From: Candidatus Woesearchaeota archaeon B3_Woes
GTDB taxonomy: Archaea; Nanobdellota; Nanobdellia; Woesearchaeales; B3-WOES
Reading direction: 5' to 3'
NCBI GenBank assembly: GCA_005222965.1
Contig: NJBG01000001.1
Coordinates: 394,323 to 435,060, forward strand
Length of the DNA: 40,738 nucleotides
Part shown: piece after piece, positions 26,851 through 36,434 of the stretch
Position numbering within the stretch: position 1 is the stretch's first letter
How the letters are laid out: the number at the start of each line of letters is the position of its first letter
Program-made: the position numbers and the translations under genes
The notes under the pieces: generated by a model
The model's input: the letters and a program-made list of their open reading frames with translations, nothing else
Database searches by the model: none
Told to the model about the DNA's origin: nothing

Positions 26851-27744
26851 ATGAAAAAAACAATGGTAATTAGTGCATTTTTAGGTTTGATGTTGTTTTT
26901 AGTAGGATGTCAAACAGAAAACAAAGGTGAAATAGAAGTTATAAAAATGGGTTTAATACCTGCAGATGATTCAGATGAAATGTTAAGAAATTATGAACCT
27001 ATAAAAGATTATTTATCTAAACAATTAGGTATTCCTGTAGAAATACAAGTAACATCTGATTATACTGCTGCTATTGAGGCTATGAGAGCAAAACATATTG
27101 ATATGGCTTGGTTTGGACCATTTTCATATGTTATAGCTGCAAATGTTGCAGGAGCAGAAGCCATAGTAAATGGAGTTAAAGAAAGTACAGGAAGTGCAAC
27201 ATATAAATCCTTAATAATTGCAAATAAAGATAGTGGAATAAAAACTTTAGAAGATTTAAAAGGAAAAACATTTGCCTTTGTAGACCCAGCTTCAACTTCA
27301 GGTAATCTTATTCCAAGAAAGATGTTAATTGAAAACGAGATAGATCCTGACAACGATTTTAGTACTAGCTATTATGCTGGAACACATAATGCAGTTCAGT
27401 ATGCAATATCTAATGGTAAAGTGGATGCTGGTGCTAGCGGTGATAATGTTTATTATAGGATGATTGAAGCAGGAGAAATTGATTCTGAAGTAAATGTAAT
27501 TATTCATGAATCAGAACCAATTCCAGGTTCACCAATTGTTGTTAGAGATGATTTACCTGAAGCACTAAAGAAAGGTATTCAAAATGCTTTGATTAGTATG
27601 GACCAACAAACAATCCATAAAGTTGATGGGTGGGGGGGCATAGCAAGTTATCAAGCAGTATCTGACAGTGATTATGATGTAATCAGAGAAACTGCAATAC
27701 TGTTAGGCATGGATGTAACAAGTGCAGAGGCTGCTAACAAATAA
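26851..27744 (+). CDS. phnD: Phosphonate/phosphite ABC transporter substrate-binding lipoprotein
   Basis: Lipobox-like LFLVGC; DYTAAIEAM, GPFSY, DPASTSGNLIP, GTH, IPGSPIVVR, DYDVIRE. Confidence 0.92.
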   Translation: MKKTMVISAFLGLMLFLVGCQTENKGEIEVIKMGLIPADDSDEMLRNYEPIKDYLSKQLGIPVEIQVTSDYTAAIEAMRAKHIDMAWFGPFSYVIAANVAGAEAIVNGVKESTGSATYKSLIIANKDSGIKTLEDLKGKTFAFVDPASTSGNLIPRKMLIENEIDPDNDFSTSYYAGTHNAVQYAISNGKVDAGASGDNVYYRMIEAGEIDSEVNVIIHESEPIPGSPIVVRDDLPEALKKGIQNALISMDQQTIHKVDGWGGIASYQAVSDSDYDVIRETAILLGMDVTSAEAANK

Positions 27745-27773
27745 AATAATTTATTTTTTTATTTTTAATTAAA

Positions 27774-28547
27774 ATGATAAAAATAGAGAACTTAAGTCAT
27801 ACTTATAAGAACCGAGAAGAAGAAGCTGTAAAAAACATCAATCTTCATATTGAACAAGGAGAAAGTTTAGTTATAATTGGTTCAAGCGGTTCTGGTAAAT
27901 CTACCCTACTTAAATGTATTAATAGATTGATAGAACCAACTTCTGGGAAGATTCTTATAAAAAAAGAGGATATAATCAATTGCGACATTAAAAAAGTCAA
28001 TACAATAAGAAGCAAGATTGGAATGATTTTCCAAAATTTTAATCTTCTTGAAAGAGAAACTGTTCTAAAGAATGTTTTAAATGGAAGATTAAGATATAAT
28101 ACTTCTTTTAATACGATTCTAGGAAGATTTTCTAAAGAAGATTATGAGATAGTAAAAGAAAATCTTAAACGAGTAGGATTAGAAGAGTATAAACATGAAA
28201 GAGTTAATAATCTGAGCGGTGGCCAAAAACAAAGGGTTGCAATAGCAAGAGCTTTATCACAGAAACCAGAAGTTATTCTTGCAGATGAACCAGTGTCCAG
28301 TTTAGATCCAAAATTAATGAAAGAAATAATGGATTTATTAAAAAGTATATGTGATGAGGACGGTATAACATTAGTTACAAGTTTACATTTCCTTGAATTT
28401 GCTAAGAGATATGGTTCAAGAATAGTGGGAATGAAAGATGGTGAAATAGTTTTTAATGGAAAACCAGAAGATCTTACAGAAAAAGATATTGTTGATATTT
28501 ATGGTAAAACAAAAGAATGGAATCTCTATGGTAAAATTGGTTTTTAA
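27774..28547 (+). CDS. phnC: Phosphonate ABC transporter ATP-binding protein
   Basis: GSSGSGKST, IGMIFQNFNL, NVLNGRL, LSGGQKQRVAIARAL, LADEPVSSLDP, SLH. Confidence 0.92.
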   Translation: MIKIENLSHTYKNREEEAVKNINLHIEQGESLVIIGSSGSGKSTLLKCINRLIEPTSGKILIKKEDIINCDIKKVNTIRSKIGMIFQNFNLLERETVLKNVLNGRLRYNTSFNTILGRFSKEDYEIVKENLKRVGLEEYKHERVNNLSGGQKQRVAIARALSQKPEVILADEPVSSLDPKLMKEIMDLLKSICDEDGITLVTSLHFLEFAKRYGSRIVGMKDGEIVFNGKPEDLTEKDIVDIYGKTKEWNLYGKIGF

Positions 28548-28549
28548 AG

Positions 28550-29341
28550 ATGAAATTAAAAAAATTAAAAAATAAATACAAAGGATTATTTATTGGGTTA
28601 TTAATAGTTATAATTTATTATTGGGCTATTAATGGAACAAACACCAGTCCTTCTAATTTTGTTAAAGGTATCCCATTTATGATGGATTTTATAGGTAGAA
28701 TGTTCCCTCCTGATATAAGCAATTTAGGAACTTTTTTACTTAAAGCTCTTGAAACATTACAAATGGCTATTGTTGGTTCAACATTGGGAGCTTTGATTGC
28801 TTTGCCTTTATCTTTTTTAGCGGCAAGGAACATTATGTCAAACAAATTTGTGTATCATAGTGTAAGAAGTATTTTTGATGCTTGTAGGGGAATAAATGAA
28901 GTTGTATGGGGTCTTATATTTGTTTCAATGGTGGGTTTGGGTCCTTTCCCTGGTGTTTTGGCTCTCACAGTTCATGTTACAGGAGCTTTAGGAAGATATT
29001 TCTCAGAATCAATAGAAACAGTTGATCCAGAGGTGATTAAAGCTATCATCTCAACAGGAGCGAATAAAATGCAAGTTATTACTAGAGGGATTTTTCCTCA
29101 GGTTAAACCATTATTTATTAATTATGCTCTTTATTATTTAGAAAATAATTTCAGAGCAGCAACAGTCTTAGGACTAGTTGGAGCAGGGGGAATTGGTATG
29201 GAATTATTAACCAGCATGAGACTTTTTAGAAATCAAGAAGTTTTGACTATTTTGATTATTATGGTGTTAATGGTTACAGTGATAGATAGATTTAGTGCAT
29301 ATATAAGAAAGAATATTGTGAAAGTAGAAAGTTTAGAATAA
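28550..29341 (+). CDS. phnE: Phosphonate ABC transporter permease
   Basis: MFPPD, ETLQMAI, GLGPFPGVLAL, ESIETVD, ENNFRAATVLGLVGAGGIG. Confidence 0.92.
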   Translation: MKLKKLKNKYKGLFIGLLIVIIYYWAINGTNTSPSNFVKGIPFMMDFIGRMFPPDISNLGTFLLKALETLQMAIVGSTLGALIALPLSFLAARNIMSNKFVYHSVRSIFDACRGINEVVWGLIFVSMVGLGPFPGVLALTVHVTGALGRYFSESIETVDPEVIKAIISTGANKMQVITRGIFPQVKPLFINYALYYLENNFRAATVLGLVGAGGIGMELLTSMRLFRNQEVLTILIIMVLMVTVIDRFSAYIRKNIVKVESLE

Positions 29342-29344
29342 AAA

Positions 29345-29352
29345 TTTATAAA
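29345..29352 (+). promoter_or_regulatory. Candidate archaeal TATA box TTTATAAA
   Basis: 23 nt before ATG 29376; same spacing as at other genes in the window. Confidence 0.4.
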
Positions 29353-29375
29353 GAATAAAAACTAATAAAGATACG

Positions 29376-30068
29376 ATGAAAGCAATTATTTTAGCAGCTG
29401 GGAAATCAACAAGATTGTTACCTTTAACTAAAGATATACCCCAATGTTTATTAAAAGTTTACAACAAAACTATTTTAGAAGAACAGATCGAATCTCTAAA
29501 AAGCTCAGGTATTAATGATATAGTTGTGATTATTGGTTATCTTTCAGAGAAAGTAGAAGAATTTTGTAAAAAAAAGGGTATTAAAACTTTATTTAATCCT
29601 TTTTTTGAAGTTTCTGGAATGGCTATGTCATTGTGGGTAGCAAAAGAAGAGTTGAAAAAAGGTTTTATATTTCTTTATTCGGATGTTTTATTTGATGCAA
29701 AAATAATACAAGATTTATTAACAGATAAAACTGATATTTGTTTAGCTATAAAAAAGAACGGTTTAAGAGAAGAAGCAGAAAAAGTTATTGAAAAACAAGG
29801 TATAATTAAAAGAATAACTAAATCCAAGTTAGACAAAGAAAATGGGGAATTTATCGGAATTGCAAAATTCTCACCTAATGGAACTACTAAATTAATAAAA
29901 GAATTAAATAATTTAGCAAAGAAGGATCTTAATATTTCATTTATATCTGCACTTGACAATCTCATAAACAAAGGAGAGGAAATCAATGCTTGTGATATAA
30001 AAGATGCAAAATTTATAGATATCGATTTTCCAGAAGATTTAGAAAAAGCAAAAAAATTATTTGAATAA
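29376..30068 (+). CDS. LicC/PntC-like NTP transferase (phosphocholine/phosphonate cytidylyltransferase family)
   Basis: MKAIILAAGKSTRL.PLT..IPQCLL, GYL.EK, LYSDVLF, GEFIGIAKF, IDIDFPEDL. Confidence 0.8.
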   Translation: MKAIILAAGKSTRLLPLTKDIPQCLLKVYNKTILEEQIESLKSSGINDIVVIIGYLSEKVEEFCKKKGIKTLFNPFFEVSGMAMSLWVAKEELKKGFIFLYSDVLFDAKIIQDLLTDKTDICLAIKKNGLREEAEKVIEKQGIIKRITKSKLDKENGEFIGIAKFSPNGTTKLIKELNNLAKKDLNISFISALDNLINKGEEINACDIKDAKFIDIDFPEDLEKAKKLFE

Positions 30069-30071
30069 AAT

Positions 30072-31562
30072 TTAGATAACTCTTTTAACTATTTTTTTTA
30101 CCTCTTTTATTGTTAATAAATTGAACAAGAATACAAGAACTATATAGATTAATCCCACTATTCCAAAAATAATAATTATTTCAAGATAAACATTCAAAAC
30201 AAGAGCATATTTAAGATAAGATATTAGTGATATAAAAATTAATCCTATAAATAAACTCTTAGTCCAATATTTAAAAGGGATATGTATTTTTACTAGTTTT
30301 TTTAAGTTTGATATGCTTAATCCCATCATTAACAAATAACCAAAGAAAGTTGTAATTGCTGCTCCCATCATGCCATACAATGGGATTAGAATAAAATTTA
30401 ATATTAAGTTGAATATTGCTCCAATTAATATTATTCTTGCGTTAAGTTTGGGTTTACCAATACCTGAAATAGCGCTAAAATTAATTCTAGTAATTGTCAT
30501 CAATATAACGCCTAAAGAGAGTATTCTTAAGACATTGCTTGCTTGTATGTATGTATTTCCAAAAAGAATGTTAAGAATTGTCTCTGGAAAAGAAAACATT
30601 GTTAATGCTATTGGAAATATTGTAATAAACGAATATTTGTAAAGGGTGTTTATACCTTCTATCAATTGTTTTTTATGGCCTTTTGTCCACAATTCTGAAG
30701 ACAATGGGAAAAGTACAGTCATCAAGGCTATACTAAAATATCCCAAAACATTTGCCGTTGGCAAAGCTGCATTATACAATCCAACTTGATCTAATCCAGA
30801 AAAATAAGTTAGCATTAAAGTGTCTGTGTGGTTGAGTATCATTATACCAACAACCATAAGCATTAAAGGAGCACCAAATAATACGAGCTTTTTCATTAAA
30901 TTTTTATCAAAAGAGTACTTTAATTTTGAAAACAAGGGGAATGTTTTTTTAAAAAAGAAAAAATAAAAGAAAGGAAGCAAGATTAATGGTGCGAATAAAT
31001 AAGCTATAGTAGGTACTAAAATATTTTTTCCAAATAAGATGAAACCACCAGATGCAATAATGAATATAAGGAAAGTTCTCAAAAAATCTACAAAAGCAAA
31101 ATATTTCATCTTTTGGAATCCTTGAAAAATATAAACCAAAAGAGACAAAAAAGAACGGAAAAAGAATATAAAAGCAAAAAGTTTGATTATCAAAGATGCT
31201 TGAAGATTGTGAAAATAATTAAGTGCTAAAAAATCTGAAGATGCAAATAATATAATTACTATTATGGTAGAAATAACAAGTTGTATGATACTTACATTAA
31301 TTATTGAATTTTTTATTAAGTTGAATTTTTTATTGGTTTTAAATTCAGGAATAAATTTTACTAAAGCTTGGCCAGTTCCAAGATTATTAAAAATAATAGA
31401 AAAAATTGATAAAGAATATATTGCATAAAACATACCATATTCTGTTTGTGTTAAATTTCTAGCCAAAAGCAATCTAAGGAGATACCCAAAAAAAGCAGAA
31501 AGAACACTTATTATAAATACATATCCTGCACCATGTATCGCCTTCTTTGTATAGTTAGTCAT
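30072..31562 (-). CDS. Wzx-type oligosaccharide flippase (MOP superfamily)
   Basis: LARNLTQTEYG, TDTLML, VGLYNAA, NFILIPLYGMMGAAITT; many hydrophobic segments. Confidence 0.92.
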   Translation of the reverse strand: MTNYTKKAIHGAGYVFIISVLSAFFGYLLRLLLARNLTQTEYGMFYAIYSLSIFSIIFNNLGTGQALVKFIPEFKTNKKFNLIKNSIINVSIIQLVISTIIVIILFASSDFLALNYFHNLQASLIIKLFAFIFFFRSFLSLLVYIFQGFQKMKYFAFVDFLRTFLIFIIASGGFILFGKNILVPTIAYLFAPLILLPFFYFFFFKKTFPLFSKLKYSFDKNLMKKLVLFGAPLMLMVVGIMILNHTDTLMLTYFSGLDQVGLYNAALPTANVLGYFSIALMTVLFPLSSELWTKGHKKQLIEGINTLYKYSFITIFPIALTMFSFPETILNILFGNTYIQASNVLRILSLGVILMTITRINFSAISGIGKPKLNARIILIGAIFNLILNFILIPLYGMMGAAITTFFGYLLMMGLSISNLKKLVKIHIPFKYWTKSLFIGLIFISLISYLKYALVLNVYLEIIIIFGIVGLIYIVLVFLFNLLTIKEVKKIVKRVI

Positions 31563-31687
31563 TTTATATTATTTAGTAACCATCATTGATGTATATAAAA
31601 TTATCTTTTGTAAACAATTTTTGATATTTCTTTATCTTTTAAGTCCCGTGTGTATTAATAAAAAAAAAGAAAGAGTAATTCAGAAAC

Positions 31688-31695
31688 TTTTTAAA
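31688..31695 (+). promoter_or_regulatory. Candidate archaeal TATA box TTTTTAAA
   Basis: 22 nt before ATG 31718, in a divergent intergenic region. Confidence 0.35.
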
Positions 31696-31717
31696 GAGGG
31701 TTCTTTTCAAAATTATT

Positions 31718-32887
31718 ATGAAAATAGCGTTGTTGCCTACAACTTTTTTAAATGAATCTTCAGAATCATCACATATTACGTTGATTTTATTAGCAAGAGA
31801 ACTAAAGAAAAAAGGGCACGATGTTTGTATAATCAGTGAAGGAGTAAAAAACTTCCCAGAATATGAAATATTTCAAGGAATTAAAATTTATAGGGGACCG
31901 ACATTTAGCATTCGTCCAGATGGTTCTGAAGTACGTTTTCTGAATGCTTTAAATAGAATAATATCTCCAATCATGGCTATTAAGAAGTTAAGTAAAAGGG
32001 GGATAGAGTTTGATATAATTCATAATTTTAGTGCTGCAAGATTTCTAGCTTTGAAGTCCCTCTTTGCTAAAAGGATTATTAAAAATAAAGATGCAAAAAT
32101 CATACATACTCTTAAAAGTTATTCTCGTTTTAAATTAGGTAATAAATTTACTAGATTGTTAAATTCATCAGATTTAATCACGGTTCCCACTAAAAGATTT
32201 GCAAAAGACATTCTTAAAAAAGGGACAACAAAAACCAAAGTAAAAGTAATAAATTCATATATTGATTCTGAAAAATTTAAATCGATTGATAAAAAAATAG
32301 CAAAGAAAAAAATAAACATAAAAGAAGATTTTATTCTTTATTATGGTGGATTATTAGAAAACAAAGGTCCTAAAATATTAATCGAAGCTATGAAAAAAGT
32401 ATTTGAAGAAAATGATAATTTAAAACTTGTTATGATCATAAGACATAAAAAACATAAAATTTTTGAAGAATATAAAAAATTGATGAAATCTCTTAACATT
32501 GAGAAAAAAGTTTTATTTATAAAAGGAGAATTACATAATGTAGAGTATTATATTAATTCTGCAGAGATTGTTGTTTTGCCTTATATAAATCTAATAGCTA
32601 CTGAAGGGAACCCTTCTTGTATTTTAGAAACAATAGCTTGTAAAACCCCCCTCATCACAACAGATTTACCAGAATTAAGAGAGATTGTTGATTATAAAAA
32701 AGATGTTTTAATGGCTAAGCCAAATAATGTTGAAGATTTATCAAAAGAAATTAATAAATTATTAAAAGATAAAAAACTTCAAAAAAGATTATCAGAAAAT
32801 GCCTATAAAAAATCAAAAGAATTTGATTTTAAAAAAATAACAATGAAATTTATAAAATTATATGAAGGTTTGCTTAATGGCAGTTGA
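31718..32887 (+). CDS. Glycosyltransferase family 4
   Basis: ELKKKGHDV, DIIH, YGGLLENKG, EGNPSCILETIACKTP (E-x7-E). Confidence 0.88.
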   Translation: MKIALLPTTFLNESSESSHITLILLARELKKKGHDVCIISEGVKNFPEYEIFQGIKIYRGPTFSIRPDGSEVRFLNALNRIISPIMAIKKLSKRGIEFDIIHNFSAARFLALKSLFAKRIIKNKDAKIIHTLKSYSRFKLGNKFTRLLNSSDLITVPTKRFAKDILKKGTTKTKVKVINSYIDSEKFKSIDKKIAKKKINIKEDFILYYGGLLENKGPKILIEAMKKVFEENDNLKLVMIIRHKKHKIFEEYKKLMKSLNIEKKVLFIKGELHNVEYYINSAEIVVLPYINLIATEGNPSCILETIACKTPLITTDLPELREIVDYKKDVLMAKPNNVEDLSKEINKLLKDKKLQKRLSENAYKKSKEFDFKKITMKFIKLYEGLLNGS

Positions 32888-33650
32888 ACATCCATGGTGG
32901 AAGAAAGCAATGTGTTATGTTTTTTGTGAATGGTTTACTAAACCATTATTTGGTAAAAGATTATGTGTTTGCGCTTATGATGTTCTTCATATCAAAAAAA
33001 AAGTTAAAAGAAGTTTGAATGGAAAAGACGGTGGATTTAAATTTTTACGAGCTCCAAAATTAATCGTTCTTATTGGACTAGATGGGTCAGGCAAAAGTAC
33101 ACATGCCAAAAATATTATTAAATTTTTAAATAAGAATAATTTTAAAACAAAATATTTACATTTGCCAAGTGTTGTTCCATTAAATATAATTGTGAAGGAG
33201 AGGGAATCTCATAAATCAAATAATAAAAATAATTCTAAAAAATCATTATTAATTTCATTTTTAAGGCAAATTGCATTTGTAATTGGTATTTATTATATAA
33301 TATTTTTTAAAATAATTCCTAACATTTTATTAGGAAGAATTATTGTATCAGATAGATGGTTTTATGATGAATTGGTACATTTAAAATATATCAATATGTG
33401 TACTTTTCCACGATTATATAAATTCTTAATTCCACATCCCAGTTTATTAATATCCTTATCTATTAATCCAAAAACAGCTATGAAAAGAAAACCCGATGAA
33501 GAAGAAAAATATTATATCAAAAAGAATGATTTGTATAATTCACTTTTAAAAAATTTGAAATATGAAAATATATTATCAAATGAAGTAAATGCTACTAAAA
33601 AAAATATTGAAAAAAGATTAAAAGAAAAATTAAAGTATACTCTTTGTTAA
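32877..33650 (+). CDS. Thymidylate-kinase-like P-loop protein with unusual N-terminal extension
   Basis: LIGLDGSGKST, SDRWFYD, RK; start at 32877 or 32862. Confidence 0.7.
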   Translation: MAVEHPWWKKAMCYVFCEWFTKPLFGKRLCVCAYDVLHIKKKVKRSLNGKDGGFKFLRAPKLIVLIGLDGSGKSTHAKNIIKFLNKNNFKTKYLHLPSVVPLNIIVKERESHKSNNKNNSKKSLLISFLRQIAFVIGIYYIIFFKIIPNILLGRIIVSDRWFYDELVHLKYINMCTFPRLYKFLIPHPSLLISLSINPKTAMKRKPDEEEKYYIKKNDLYNSLLKNLKYENILSNEVNATKKNIEKRLKEKLKYTLC

Positions 33651-33656
33651 ATTTAA

Positions 33657-34409
33657 CTATTTCTTAATAATTAAACTTTTCCAAGAGCAAAAGATGCTAG
33701 GAAATAATTTGTAAGCATTGCACCAATTTGAAAAACGCACAAATATAAAAACAAATTTATTTGATAACTCTATAGCCTTATTTTTTCCTTTATAAAAAAC
33801 AAATGGGAATGTTATGATATAAATAATTTGTTTTAAAAAGAAAATAAAATTTAAATTTTTATCAATCTTAATATCAACATCATCTGCTCCAAGATTACTA
33901 AATATATTTTTTGTTTCTTTAATATTGATATATCTTATAAAATTATTATTAATAAAAAAAAATTTGAAATAATTTAATAATGTCATACATTCTTCATCAA
34001 TTAGAATAATGCCTCCTTTTTTCGTAACACGAAAAATTTCTGATATCACTTTTTTTCTATGATTATTATCAATAATATGTTGTAATGTACGCATAATTAT
34101 TACAATATCAAAAAAATTACTTTGATAAGGGAGTTTTGTTATATATCCAACTTTAAATTGCGCTTTGACTTTTTTGCTTGCATAATTGATTCTACTTTTG
34201 GAAATATCTATTCCGTACAATTTATTTGAATAATTTTCGCAAAATTTAAGAGAGTCTCCCATACCACACCCAACATCAAGAATTTTTGGATTATTTTTTT
34301 TATATTGGTTAACTATATGTTTAATAAGTTTTTTTTTATATGTCAAAATAATTTTTTGCATAATAGTTTTATTATTATTAAAGTTTTTTTTAATTTTCCA
34401 TTTTGACAT
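33657..34409 (-). CDS. Class I SAM-dependent methyltransferase (Methyltransf_11-like)
   Basis: ILDVGCGMG, GIDIS, LPY..NFFD, LQHI, EIFRVTKKGG; GAGGT SD on the minus strand at 34417-34421. Confidence 0.85.
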   Translation of the reverse strand: MSKWKIKKNFNNNKTIMQKIILTYKKKLIKHIVNQYKKNNPKILDVGCGMGDSLKFCENYSNKLYGIDISKSRINYASKKVKAQFKVGYITKLPYQSNFFDIVIIMRTLQHIIDNNHRKKVISEIFRVTKKGGIILIDEECMTLLNYFKFFFINNNFIRYINIKETKNIFSNLGADDVDIKIDKNLNFIFFLKQIIYIITFPFVFYKGKNKAIELSNKFVFIFVRFSNWCNAYKLFPSIFCSWKSLIIKK

Positions 34410-34491
34410 TTAATATACCTCTTTACTTCAAAAAATTTATTTAAATTAAATTATGTAAATAAGTGTTCTTAACAAAACAAATAATCTATCA

Positions 34492-36369
34492 TTATATTAC
34501 TTTTAAAATTATTACACTCTGTGTTTGATATGAAGATTCAAATCTAGTTGAATTTTGAAGATTTTTGAATAAATTATCAAAAGAGGTTTTTGTTTTATTC
34601 TCACCATATTGTCTTCCTAAATGTTTGTAAGACAACCCAGATATAACGATGTATTGGTATTTGTTTGTTTTTAAAAAATTATAAACTTGTGTTAAGTTTT
34701 TATCTAAAATGTTTTTTCTAAAGTCAATAACATTACTACACCATTCACAACTATATTTGTCAAACCCAATTATTGGTTTATCTGTTGTAGAATATGTAAA
34801 AACTTTCGTATCTATAGGTAAAGTTGTAAGCCAAATATACCCTTGTAGTTCTTCGTTTGATGTCCAAAAAACGCCAGGTGGCCACACAGCATTGTGGTTT
34901 TGGTTATATTTTTGATAACCTGCTGTTGAAATCACACCTATTAAAATTATAAATAGTACTAACAAATAAGGTATTTTAAATTTTTTCGTCAGTTTGAATA
35001 GAGACCAAAGACCTAATGAAGAGAGTAAAGCTACTGGAACTGCCAATAATAACCAAAATCTAAATGCAAATAAACCTATTGGAAGGTTAAAAGTCATAGA
35101 ATTTGTTCCAAGAAAAGTAAAAACAAACCATAATAAAGTGATAGTAATCCAAATTCTATCTTTTTTCAATAAATTTTTATATTTTAATAAAGAATATACA
35201 ATTCCTATTAATAACAAGAAGGTTATAAACACCCCCCACCCAAGATGGATATTAATACCTCCAAAAGGTTTTGTGATAAAAAAGTCATTAAATGTATAAG
35301 ACCTAGTGGCTGTTCCCATTGTAGGTGAAAAAGCAGATTGTATTTTTGAAAAGAAAGTTGTAGAAGTTGTTATATCTATATCGCTTATTCTTATTTGTGA
35401 CAAAAACATTGATTTCCATTTTCCTATCCACCAAATAAAAGAAAGCAAAAGCCCTCCTATTTCTGCGATTAAAATTTCTTTTAATAAGTTTTTTTCAATA
35501 ATCGCCTTTACTAACCAATATACACCAAACATTATACCAATCTTTATAGATTGGGATGGGTGAATCAATAATATAGAAGATATAACAACCATTGAAGGAT
35601 AAATCCATTTTTTATCTCGTTTTATCATTTCTAAACAATATATTGCTGGAAAAAACAACATAATTGATAAAGAAAGTGCCCAAATAAAATGTGTAAAATA
35701 AGATGGTAACGCAGCCAATATAAAGGTTGAAAATAAAGCTTTATTTTTATCTCCAGTAAATATTTTAGCAAAGAAATAGAAAAATAAGATCCCTAAGGAA
35801 ATTATTAACCCATTAAAGAATTTTAAAGTCCAGTTTAATGAAGGAGCGGTTTGATGTAATATCCCCATTAATAAATCATATCCTGGTGGATATGGGTCAA
35901 TATATTGAAAATCAAAATTTTGTGGTTCGTATACTGTTTTTTCTAATGATATATATTTAACGCTTAATGCATGATCCCAGGGATCATCATTTTCAAGATA
36001 AGGGTATTGGAAAGCTCCCCCCACGTACATTCGAAGGCAAAAAAAGAAGATAATTAAAACGAAAAGTATGTTTAAATTTGATTTTGTTAGTTTAAATTTG
36101 GTTTTTGGTTTTTTGAATTCTTTTAATTTTATTTTTTTAAATAGAATGAATAAAGGATATATCAAACTTAACACAAAGAATATTTTCCAATCAAGTGGAA
36201 TTCTCAAGAGATTGAGAAAAACACCCAGAAAAACAAAAGCTCCAATACCAATACCAATTCTTATTAAATTTCTCTCAAAAAAATTGTTTGAATTTTTTAA
36301 AAAATAAGTTATAGTAAATCCTAACCCATATGTGTATACAAAAAATAATAGTACTGTTATTACGCTCAT
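34492..36369 (-). CDS. Polytopic membrane protein, GT-C fold glycosyltransferase-like
   Basis: Many TM segments; loop ENDDPWDH...YPPG after the N-terminal TMs; soluble C-terminal domain. Confidence 0.55.
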   Translation of the reverse strand: MSVITVLLFFVYTYGLGFTITYFLKNSNNFFERNLIRIGIGIGAFVFLGVFLNLLRIPLDWKIFFVLSLIYPLFILFKKIKLKEFKKPKTKFKLTKSNLNILFVLIIFFFCLRMYVGGAFQYPYLENDDPWDHALSVKYISLEKTVYEPQNFDFQYIDPYPPGYDLLMGILHQTAPSLNWTLKFFNGLIISLGILFFYFFAKIFTGDKNKALFSTFILAALPSYFTHFIWALSLSIMLFFPAIYCLEMIKRDKKWIYPSMVVISSILLIHPSQSIKIGIMFGVYWLVKAIIEKNLLKEILIAEIGGLLLSFIWWIGKWKSMFLSQIRISDIDITTSTTFFSKIQSAFSPTMGTATRSYTFNDFFITKPFGGINIHLGWGVFITFLLLIGIVYSLLKYKNLLKKDRIWITITLLWFVFTFLGTNSMTFNLPIGLFAFRFWLLLAVPVALLSSLGLWSLFKLTKKFKIPYLLVLFIILIGVISTAGYQKYNQNHNAVWPPGVFWTSNEELQGYIWLTTLPIDTKVFTYSTTDKPIIGFDKYSCEWCSNVIDFRKNILDKNLTQVYNFLKTNKYQYIVISGLSYKHLGRQYGENKTKTSFDNLFKNLQNSTRFESSYQTQSVIILKVI

Positions 36370-36402
36370 TTGGATCTTCTTATAGTCGTAAAAATTCGAA
36401 AC

Positions 36403-36414
36403 CTATTTAAATAG
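36403..36414. promoter_or_regulatory. Palindrome CTATTTAAATAG, candidate bidirectional TATA box for divergent GT-C and GT2 genes
   Basis: Perfect 12-bp palindrome giving TTTAAATA on both strands; 21 nt to ATG 36435 and 34 nt to the minus-strand ATG 36369. Confidence 0.45.
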
Positions 36415-36434
36415 TTTATGGTTTTTAGAGTGTT

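Noticed and set aside
27745..27770. T-rich stretch after phnD as a terminator or attenuator
   Set aside because: Plausible, but indistinguishable from background AT richness.
26851..29341. ptxABC phosphite oxidation or C-P lyase operon
   Set aside because: No ptxD or phnG-M in the window, and the binding protein lacks the aromatic cap residue recalled for PtxB.
33954..33962. Poly-A tract (A9) as a phase-variation site
   Set aside because: A/T runs are frequent throughout this AT-rich window and the reading frame is intact.
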